64,000 nt of DNA from Chitinophagales bacterium (GTDB taxonomy: Bacteria > Bacteroidota > Bacteroidia > Chitinophagales > Chitinophagaceae): positions 9,635-73,634 of the forward strand of contig JAAFIK010000020.1 of the NCBI GenBank assembly GCA_013298665.1, given 5' to 3'. Positions 9,783 through 18,500 of this stretch are shown here, one piece after another. How positions within the stretch are numbered: position 1 is the first letter of the stretch; each line of letters begins with the position of its first letter. The translations under genes were made by a program, and so were the position numbers. The notes beneath the pieces are model-generated. The model was not told the origin of the DNA, searched no databases, and saw nothing but the letters and a program-made list of their open reading frames with translations.

Positions 9783-10571
9783 CTAATATAAATAGTTCAG
9801 CGAGAACCGGTCATTGGCATTAAAGGGTCGGTCGTCCCCGGCATTGATACAGGCCAGCATCCATGAATTGGGATCGGGGCCTGTAGGTGTTCCGGGAATA
9901 TGAATATAGGTTAAACCGCCGGTACCACCCGTGGCAATACCACAGCTAAAGGCCTGGTTGATGATATCGGTATGCGCAAAGCCGATGCAGTGTCCGATCT
10001 GGTGTGCCATCAGCGTGGCCAGTGTTCCCGCAGGCCAGGTACTGTAAGCCGTATTGAACAGGATACTGTTGTACGGGTTTCCGGTTGCTGAAGGAAACCC
10101 CGATGTAGCCATATAAGAAACGCCTGAGACATTACTTACCGTAATATTGGCCGTAGCTGTTGCGGCTACCCGTGTAAACCGTATGCGCAGCGCAAGTGCA
10201 TTGTACCGGGCAATGGCGGTATTGATGGCCGTGCTGACAGCAGTTGTGCTGCCTGTGTAACGGATCGAAATCGTCCTGGGTAAACCTGTTACGAGATTGA
10301 CCACATGATACTGCTCTGCTTCCCCGGCCCGGATAGCTGTCCGGTTGGCCGGTGCCAGCGCCAGATCAGCATTACTGATAAAAAGATCACCCTCAGCAAT
10401 GATGCCGTCTGCAACCCTGTACGCCTGCGCGGCAGATAAACCATACGCATTGAGTTTGCTGCGTTCCTCAGCAGTAAGCCCCGAAGCGGTTTCGGTGATA
10501 TTTTTTTTGCAGGAAAAAAGCAGCATAGCTGTGCATAAAAAAAAGAGAAGAGGAGATTGTGTCTTTTGCAT
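9783..10571 (-). CDS. M57-like lipoprotein paralog with an HQIGH (Glu to Gln) active-site motif
   Basis: ORF 9783..10619. ATG at 10571 gives MQKTQSPLLFFLCTAMLLFSC, a lipobox. Collinear with the neighbouring M57 protein, but the zincin motif reads MAHQIGHCIGFAHTD. The Gln codon cag corresponds to forward ctg at 9999-10001. Confidence 0.75.
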   Translation of the reverse strand: MQKTQSPLLFFLCTAMLLFSCKKNITETASGLTAEERSKLNAYGLSAAQAYRVADGIIAEGDLFISNADLALAPANRTAIRAGEAEQYHVVNLVTGLPRTISIRYTGSTTAVSTAINTAIARYNALALRIRFTRVAATATANITVSNVSGVSYMATSGFPSATGNPYNSILFNTAYSTWPAGTLATLMAHQIGHCIGFAHTDIINQAFSCGIATGGTGGLTYIHIPGTPTGPDPNSWMLACINAGDDRPFNANDRFSLNYLY

Positions 10572-10784
10572 AACCTGTGTTTTAAATTGTTTTAAATAAG
10601 CGCAATACCAAACATACACTTACCTTACAGCAGGTATGGTATTGGCATTGTTTGTTTTACCGGAGGGAGGAGAAGGGTGTCAGCATTTATTGATCCGCAT
10701 AAATCTTTATATTTGTAAAGTTACACGCTATCCTTTTCGGGAGGGTAAAAAATTAATGCAACTTTGATACAAAATAATGCAAGT

Positions 10785-13412
10785 ATGATCCTGCGAAACA
10801 AACGCCACTACTGCTTCCTGCTGCTATTCATTTTCCTGTTGGCGCTGCTGCCATTTGCTCCGGCAGCACAAAAATTATCTGCAGGTCAATACAATGATCC
10901 CCGTTTATCGCCACTGCTGCAAACACAATTGCCTGTACAAAACGGGCTTGCCTTAGTGATAAAAGTAAAGGGTATTGCAGCCTTCCGTAATTACGTGTCT
11001 GCGGGAAAGCTTCAGGTCGAAATGACAAAAGTATATGCCGATGACCAGGCCATCCTGCTCAACTGTTCGCGTGCGTGCCTGCTGGATACCCTGCTCACTT
11101 ACCCGGGATTGCTGTTTGTCGATCTGCAACGCAAGGCCATTGAAGAGTCTTCGATTGAATCGGTTGACCTCAGTCTCAATACGGTTAACCTGGCACAATA
11201 CCGGTTTCCTTTGCTGAATGGCAATAACCAGCTGGTATCGGTAAAGGAACATCGCTTTGACACCGCAGATATCGACTTCAAAGGCCGGATGCGGCTCTTT
11301 GCAGGTACCTCCGCTACGCTGTCCTCCCATGCTACGGCTATGACGACCATCATCGGGGGGGCGGGCAACAGCTTTTACAAAGGCAGGGGTGTGGCACCGG
11401 GTGCTATGCTGAACAGCACTACTTTTCTTAATCTCCTGCCCGAGGCAGATACTTTTTACACCAACCAGAAAGTAATGGTGCAGAACCATTCTTATGGTAC
11501 GGGTATTGAAAATTATTATGGGATTGATGCTGAGGCGCACGACCGGAGTATGCGGAGCAACCCTTCGCTGCTGCATGTTTTCTCTGCGGGCAACAGCGGC
11601 CTCAGCGCAGCCACGACAGGCACTTATCAGAATATGCCGGGTTTTGCCAACCTCACCAGTAATGCCAAGATGGCCAAGAACCTTATTACCGTTGGTGCTA
11701 CAGATTCCTTTGGTATTGCAGCGCCATTGAGCTCCAAAGGCCCTGCTTATGATGGCCGCGTAAAGCCCGAAATGGTGGCCATGGGAGAAGATGGTTCTTC
11801 AGGTGCCGCTGCCATGGTATCGGGAGCCGCAGCATTGGTACAGCAGGCCTGGCAGTTGAACAACGGCGGCGCAAGTGCCAATGCCGCCATCGTAAAAGCC
11901 GTATTGCTCAACAGTGCCGCCGAAACAGGACCGGCGGGTATTGATTTCAGCACGGGTTATGGACAGTTGGACCTCAACCGGTCTCTGCAAACCATCGCCG
12001 ACAACCGCATCATCACCGGAAGTCTTGCCCAGGGGCAGACGGCTGCACACAGCATCACACTGCCGGCTAACGTTCTTTTGCTTAAAGCAACCATTACCTG
12101 GACGGATCTGCCCGCAGCAGCATCGGCAGCCAAAGCCCTCGTAAACGATCTTGACCTGTCTGTACAAACGCCTTCAGCCCAGGAAATACTACCCTGGGTA
12201 TTGAGCAGTTTCCCTCATCCCGATTCCCTTCGCAAACTACCGGTGCGAAGATTGGATACGCTCAACAATACCGAACAGGTTACCATCAGTAATCCGGCTG
12301 CAGGTACATACACACTTAAAGTGAACGGCCGTAAAATACCCAATGGTACGCAGGATTATGCCATTGCCTGGAGTTATGATACACTTGCCCTGCAATGGAT
12401 TTTTCCGCAACGGGATGATGCGGTGATTGCAGGTGCCCGCAACTTACTGCGCTGGCAAACGACTGCCACCACACCACTTACCATAGAGTACACCCTGAAC
12501 GGCAGCAACTGGATCTCCATTGCTGATAATATCCCTGCCTCGCCGGGCTATCGTTACTGGCTGGCTCCCGATACCTTTGCGCTGGCCATACTGCGGATCC
12601 GTACCGGTACCCTGGTGGTACAAACCGATACCATTGTCACGAGCAAACCGATCGACATCAAAGTAGGGTTCAATTGTCCTGACTCATTCCTGTTTACCTG
12701 GAAGCCTTATGGTCCCGGCCGCTATAAAGCGTGGCGCCTCGGCAGCCGGTATATGGAATCCCTCGCTGTACTCACCGATACCGTGCTGAGCCTCAGCAAA
12801 GCTGCTAACCCCGCATTAGACTATGCCATATCCCCACTGCTGGCCAACAACCGTAGCGGTATCCGCAGTTTTACCACCAATTATACCACACAGGGTACGG
12901 AATGTTATTTCAAAACCTTTACTGCGTTTCTGAACAATGCGGTAGCTGAAGTGGTTGCCGAACTGGCCACTGGCTACCGTGTCCGGCAAACACGCATCAT
13001 CAGGCTCAACAACAGTACCACCATCAGCAGTTTTACACCGGCATCGGGGCTGCTGTACACGGTTGCCGACAATGCCCTGACGCCGGGCATCAATCGTTAC
13101 CAGGCAGAAGTGGAATTGCTGGATGGCCGGAAGATCCGTTCGCGTTATGAAGATGTATATTTTGCAGGTGGAAAAACGGTGTATGTATTTCCCACACCGG
13201 TACAGCGCGGGCAGCCATTGAATATTGTAACCAGTGAGCAGGGTACGGGCAGGTTCAGCCTTTATGATGGCCTTGGCAGAAAAGTGCTTGACAAACGCAT
13301 CGTAACCACACAGGAAAGCATAAACACACTTAACCTGCCACGCGGATTGTATTTCTTCAGGCTTTTACCTGATACGGGTAAGGCTGTATCGGGAAGGGTA
13401 GTGGTGGAGTAG
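10785..13412 (+). CDS. S8-family subtilisin-like serine protease with T9SS type-A C-terminal sorting domain
   Basis: ORF 10764..13412. ATG 10785 gives the signal peptide MILRNKRHYCFLLLFIFLLALLPFAPAAQ. S8 blocks are present: FDTADIDF (Asp), SHATAMTTIIGG (His), HSYG and SAGNSG (oxyanion region), GSSGAAAMVSGAAAL (Ser). The C-terminal ~75 aa (VYVFPTPVQRGQPLNI...LPRGLYFFRLL...GRVVVE) look like a Por-secretion CTD. Confidence 0.8.
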   Translation: MILRNKRHYCFLLLFIFLLALLPFAPAAQKLSAGQYNDPRLSPLLQTQLPVQNGLALVIKVKGIAAFRNYVSAGKLQVEMTKVYADDQAILLNCSRACLLDTLLTYPGLLFVDLQRKAIEESSIESVDLSLNTVNLAQYRFPLLNGNNQLVSVKEHRFDTADIDFKGRMRLFAGTSATLSSHATAMTTIIGGAGNSFYKGRGVAPGAMLNSTTFLNLLPEADTFYTNQKVMVQNHSYGTGIENYYGIDAEAHDRSMRSNPSLLHVFSAGNSGLSAATTGTYQNMPGFANLTSNAKMAKNLITVGATDSFGIAAPLSSKGPAYDGRVKPEMVAMGEDGSSGAAAMVSGAAALVQQAWQLNNGGASANAAIVKAVLLNSAAETGPAGIDFSTGYGQLDLNRSLQTIADNRIITGSLAQGQTAAHSITLPANVLLLKATITWTDLPAAASAAKALVNDLDLSVQTPSAQEILPWVLSSFPHPDSLRKLPVRRLDTLNNTEQVTISNPAAGTYTLKVNGRKIPNGTQDYAIAWSYDTLALQWIFPQRDDAVIAGARNLLRWQTTATTPLTIEYTLNGSNWISIADNIPASPGYRYWLAPDTFALAILRIRTGTLVVQTDTIVTSKPIDIKVGFNCPDSFLFTWKPYGPGRYKAWRLGSRYMESLAVLTDTVLSLSKAANPALDYAISPLLANNRSGIRSFTTNYTTQGTECYFKTFTAFLNNAVAEVVAELATGYRVRQTRIIRLNNSTTISSFTPASGLLYTVADNALTPGINRYQAEVELLDGRKIRSRYEDVYFAGGKTVYVFPTPVQRGQPLNIVTSEQGTGRFSLYDGLGRKVLDKRIVTTQESINTLNLPRGLYFFRLLPDTGKAVSGRVVVE

Positions 13413-13623
13413 TACGCAGTACCTGAGTACTGAGTACCAGGCGGAGAACGCGTTCCGCGTTTCCCTGCGGGCAATGTCATCAGGTTAAGGATTGGCTTGG
13501 CGCAATTGCGTCACCCCTTCACGGTTTATTGCCCGTATAATCGGCTGATGGCTATAATAATACCACCCTGTTGGGTATACGATACACCTTAGTACGTTTT
13601 TATAATCGATGCTATCAGACTTG

Positions 13624-13815
13624 CAATCGACGCTGATGGCGGGGTATCACCCGCCACCACGGGTGGTAACCCCGCGGCAAGCGAACAATCGACGCTGGCA
13701 AGCAGACAATCGATGCTGATGGCGGGGTATCACCCGCCACCGCGGGTGGTAACCCCGCGGCAAGCGGACAATCGACACTGGCAAGCGGACAATCGATGCT
13801 GATGGCGGGGTATGG
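13624..13815. repeat. 83-bp tandem repeat, about 2.3 copies, each unit containing an imperfect palindrome
   Basis: Units start at 13624, 13707 and 13790 (caatcga(c/t)gctgatggcggggtatcacccgccacc(a/g)cgggtggtaaccccgcggcaagc...). A 21-bp sub-repeat caatcgac(g/a)ctggcaagc(a/g)ga occurs at 13686 and 13769. cacccg...cgggtg forms an internal hairpin. Confidence 0.85.
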
Positions 13816-13857
13816 GTAGTATAAATCAGATTGTGTAAACTGCCTAAGGGTTTTCAA

Positions 13858-13928
13858 CAGCGGGTCTCAGACAGCGGGTCTCAGACAGCGGGTTTACCCC
13901 GATGTTTACCCCGATGTTTACCCCGATG
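13858..13928. repeat. Two adjacent microsatellite-like tandem repeats (14-mer about 2.6 copies, 12-mer 3 copies)
   Basis: cagcgggtctcaga at 13858 and 13872, with a partial copy at 13886. tttaccccgatg at 13893, 13905 and 13917. Confidence 0.85.
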
Positions 13929-14014
13929 CTGACTTACAATTGATGCTGTTGGCCGGGTAGTATACCGGCACAGAAACGGCTACCTTATACCTTGTAAAGC
14001 TACCCCCCCCCGGT

Positions 14015-14719
14015 TTACCCGATCCGTTTATCTTCGTGTCCCGTCATATCCCATACAGCCATATCGTCGCGGATGATCTTATTTTTGAGTGCGTATTTGA
14101 GCATGCCTACGGTTGTACTCACCCCTATTTTCTCCTTCATCTCCTGCCTGATTTTTTCGATGGAGCGCGTACCGAGAAAAAAGGTAGCGGCGATCTCCCG
14201 GGTCGTTTTTTCTTCCCAGATGAGTTGCAGGATCTGCTTTTCCCGCTCGGTATATACCGTTTTGGCTGTGGGGCGGTTGCCCGGGGTAACTTCTGTCTTG
14301 TTCCAGTACAATGCCTCCGTAAAAAGTGCGCTCTTGTAAATTTTATTGTGGTACACGGAAATGATTGCCTCGTATAATTCTTCCGGGTCAGCAGCCTTGG
14401 AAAGGTAACCATGGATGCCCAGATCGAGCAGACCGCTGATGATGGATATTTCGGTACACATCGACAATACGATGATCCGTGTACGGGTGTACTGCTGCCG
14501 GATCTGCTGGATGAGTTCGGGTACATTACAGTTGGGTATGCAGAGGTCGAGGATGAGCAGGTCGCAGGGCGTGGTCTTGATTATTGTCAGCAGGTTCCGC
14601 GTATCTGCATCTTCAATCGTAACGTGGATGTCAGGATAATGCAGCAGGTAATCTTTGATGGCTTTTCTGAACATGGCATGATCGTCTATAAGCCCGATGT
14701 TAATACGTTCTGTTGGCAT
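14015..14719 (-). CDS. NarL/FixJ (LuxR-type HTH) response regulator with no partner kinase in the window
   Basis: Receiver domain features: IGLIDDHAMF and DLLILDLCIPNCNV with the phospho-acceptor Asp context. C-terminal GerE/LuxR HTH: REKQILQLIWEEKTTREIAATFFLGTRSIEKIRQEMKEKIG. Confidence 0.85.
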   Translation of the reverse strand: MPTERINIGLIDDHAMFRKAIKDYLLHYPDIHVTIEDADTRNLLTIIKTTPCDLLILDLCIPNCNVPELIQQIRQQYTRTRIIVLSMCTEISIISGLLDLGIHGYLSKAADPEELYEAIISVYHNKIYKSALFTEALYWNKTEVTPGNRPTAKTVYTEREKQILQLIWEEKTTREIAATFFLGTRSIEKIRQEMKEKIGVSTTVGMLKYALKNKIIRDDMAVWDMTGHEDKRIG

Positions 14720-15561
14720 TTGTTTGTGTTTGTTGATTCATTGTCGCTTGCTGAGCAGGGCTATACGGGTAACGGGCTGTGTCATACAGGGGAAAGGGAA
14801 ACTTTATATACTGGCGGTGTATGGTATGTTTCAGTACATCGGGTCAGGGGATTGCAGGATTAGCGATATTGGGGGCTTGTCAAAAACAGGGTGGTGGGCT
14901 TAACCCTGCATTGGGGTTACCGGAAAAGGTCAAAACGTGCATTCGGATGAAAGCGGTCATCAAAAGTATAAAAATTATCATGATTTATTTCGTTTTCCGC
15001 AAAACAATTACATAGAATTTATCCGGATAGAACCTTCTCCGCAATGCCATCGTTGATTTCACTTGCCGGTACAGCAGCATACAGCAATCAAGCCTGTTTG
15101 TCATGGAAGGGTAATAAAAAGAAGGGGCTATCGATTTCGTAAAAACCGAAATGGATTTTAGTAGTTTCCTGCTTGTGTGCTTCCGGGGTAAAAATTACTT
15201 TCGCTCTGTCAATATTTCCAGGCTGACAAGTAATGTACACACGATGCAACCGATGATGCACATGTCTTTGACCTGGTCTCTTTACACCTGTAGCATCCTG
15301 AATAAGCATAGTACGGTTTAACCCCGAATTTTGCAGCCAACAACAAAATCCGGGCTAACAGGTTGGCGCGGCTGACCTTTCTTCAGTATTGCCTGTATAG
15401 TCGTCTGAAAATTGTCATTTGCCAGGTTGATTGTTACCTGCTGCAGCGATAGCTGTACGTACTATTTATGAAAACGGTTGGCCACTCACGTGCATCACCT
15501 TCATCCGGGCCTATTGGTGGTGCCCGGTGCCATGCCCGGGTCTTCACTCATCCATTGTATT

Positions 15562-18500
15562 ATGAATCTTGTAACAGTACTTGAACAAACCATGAGTTCT
15601 TCGCAGAAGGGCATTGTCTTCCTGCAGGGTGCAGAAGGGCAGGTGCGTTTGCCGTATGCCGGACTCTGGTCGGCTGCGTTGCGTGTGCTGGGCAGTTTAC
15701 AGGCGAAGGGCTTGCGTGCCGGTGATGAGCTGGTGATCCAGACGGATGATCAGCTTCAGTTTGTCGTATTGTTCTGGGCGGGTATCATGGGGGGGATGAT
15801 TCCTGTACCCTTATCCACCGGCACACAGGAGGAACAAAAGCGGAAACTGTTCAGGGTCTGGCGGCTGCTCGGTAATCCATTCCTTGCCTGCGATGCAGAA
15901 CAGTACCAGCGTATTGCCGTACGTGCCGATGATGCGGAAAAAAATATCCATACCCGGCACCTCGCTATAGCAGAACTCATGGCAGGAGAGACCATGGGTG
16001 TATTGGCAACGATCGCGGATACAGATACGGCCTATATCCAGTTTTCATCAGGCTCTACGGGTGAACCCAAAGGTGTTTGCCTGACGCACAGGAATCTCCT
16101 GACCAATATCTATGATATTATTGAGGGACTTGGCATCACCAGGGCCGACACCCTCTTCAACTGGATGCCGCTTACGCATGATATGGGACTGATCGGGTTT
16201 CACCTGACGGGAATTGCAATGGCTATTGATGCAGTGAGTATGCCTACTGCGCTATTTATCCGAAGGCCACTGTTGTGGATGGAAGCGGTGGCAGCGGAGC
16301 AAGCGACTGTTTTATATTCTCCCAATTTTGGCCTGCAATATTTTCTGTCTGCCTTGCAGCGGCATACAGCCTTCCGGGCTGACCTGTCTGCTGTGCGCAT
16401 TATTGTGAATGGAGCCGAACCCATTGTGGTTGACCTCTGTCACAACTTTATCGCCAGTCTGAGGCCGTATGGCTTGCGTGAAAATGCAATCCTTTCTGCT
16501 TATGGTCTTGCAGAAGCGGCCGTGGCCGTGTCGGCCATGCCCCCGGGTAGTCCGCTGCTTTCTTATGTGCTTGACCGGCGATCCCTCAATACCGGCAACC
16601 CGGTGGTGCTGGTGGAAGACGATAGCCCGGTAGCCGTTCGTTTTGCGGATGCCGGTTTCCCGATGCGGCATTGCGGGTTGCGGGTTTGTGGTGATGATGA
16701 CGTGGTACTGCCACCGGGAACCATTGGCCATTTGCAGATTAAAGGGGAAAATGTAACGGCGGGGTACTACCGGCAGGAAGCGGCTACGCAGCAATTGTTT
16801 ACCGGAGACGGCTGGCTGCGTACGGGTGACCTTGGTTTTATCAGGGATGGCCGGCTGGTTGTGACGGGCAGACATAAAAACCTCATCATCCTTAACGGAC
16901 AAAACTACTACCCCCAGGATATTGAGGGCGTGGTGATTGCGGGCGGACTTGCTGAACAGGGAAGGGTTGTAGCCTGTGGTAACAGGGACAAGGATACAGG
17001 GCTTGAGGTACTACTGCTTTTTGTGTTGTACAAAGGGGATGCTCTTCGTTTTGCACCCACGGCAAATGCCATTGCTGCAAGGGTATTGGAGCAGGTGGGT
17101 ATTCCGGTTGCTGCTGTGGTGCCGGTTGCACGCATTCCCAAAACCACCAGTGGTAAAGTACAGTATTTTGCCTTGCTGGAACAGTACCGGAATACAATAA
17201 ACCTGCAAGGCATGCATGGAGCTGACAGTCCGGAAGCCTGGGGAAACATTGACTGGGATAACCCGCTTGCTGTCGAAACTTGTTTGCTGACATTCGTACA
17301 AACATTGCCGGGTAGTCCTGATAAGACTGCCAGTCTTACTGCGGCAGGGATGAACAGTTTATCGGCTATGCAGCTTGCTGATCGTTTGACAAGGTTTTCG
17401 GGTAAGGCCATTGCAGCAGAGTTGTTGTTCTCCAGTGCAGATATTACTGCGCTGAGCAGGCATATTGCGCTTGCCGGAAAGGGAAAACCGATATTGCCAT
17501 TGCCTGATGAAAGCGGTAAGGCAGCAAAACACCCCTCGCTTGCACAAATACGCATGTTTGCAGAATATACGATCGACAGCAGCTCAGCTGCGTATCATAT
17601 TCCACTGGTATTCCGTACAAACGGACACTTAGATAAAGGGGTATTGGAAAAAGCCATCAATATACTGGTGCAGCGCTATGAAACCCTGCGGATGGCTTTC
17701 CGGGCAACGGCCACCGGTACTGAAGTGACTGTGCTGGCTGTTCCGGATGCGCCATTCCTGCTTCAATACCATGATCTCCGCTTATCGGCCAACAGGGAAG
17801 CTGAAGAGACAGCGGTCATCCGTGCATTGGTATCCACTCCCTTTGAACTGGAAAAGGCATTGGTATTGCGCGGAGCCATACTACAGGGCAGAGAGTCCGA
17901 ACAGGTATTGGTCGTTGTTTTTCACCACATCTGTACCGATGGCTGGTCGCTGCAAATCTTTTTTCGCGAACTGGCACTGTTGTATGATGGCCTGCTGCAT
18001 CACCCTGAAGCGGTATTGCCTGAAGCGCCCCAAAGGATTTCCTATACACAGTATGCGGCCTGGCAACAGCGGCTGCTTGATACTGGTGTACTGGAAAAAA
18101 GCAGGCAGTACTGGCTTGGTCTATTGAAAGATTGCCCGGCACCGGTTGATTTCAGCGGTCAGCCGGCCGCCGGTATGTACACAGGTGCTGTACCAACAGA
18201 CCGCTATTGCTGTACACTTGATGAAAATGCTGTTGGGACTGTAAAAGCACTGGCTGCAAAATACCGGGTCTCTGTCTTCAGCGTAATCCTCGCAATGCTG
18301 AATACCCTGTTGTACCGTTATACCAACCGGAAGGATATCGTGATTGGTTTTGATACCGCCGGTCGTGTGCCGGAAACGATCGGGCAGGTGTTTGGGTATA
18401 CGCTGAATACGCTTTGTCTGCGGGCGGCACCTGATGGACAAATGACATTCAATGCACTGTTGCAGCAGGTACACGGGCAACTGATGGCTGCACTCGATCA

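Noticed and set aside
6686-13412. Treating the BlaI/BlaR1 pair, two M57 proteases and the S8 protease as one functional system.
   Set aside because: The genes are on different strands in separate transcription units, and the families co-occur commonly in Bacteroidota genomes. Adjacency alone does not support a functional link.
13615-13857. An 80-aa minus-strand ORF with an internally repetitive sequence (DCPLASVDCPLAAG...).
   Set aside because: The periodicity is simply the translation of the 83-bp DNA tandem repeat. There is no start context or motif support.
13624-13930. Possible CRISPR array, given regularly spaced repeats.
   Set aside because: There are only about 2.3 units. The segments between palindromes are themselves repeated, so they are not unique spacers. 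The period and structure do not fit repeat-spacer architecture, and no cas genes are nearby.
15088-15309. A 73-aa minus-strand ORF in the long gap upstream of NRPS-1.
   Set aside because: No motif, no signal peptide, an His/Arg-rich odd composition, and nothing to distinguish it from a chance ORF. It is left unannotated. It could matter if RNA-seq or Ribo-seq shows expression.
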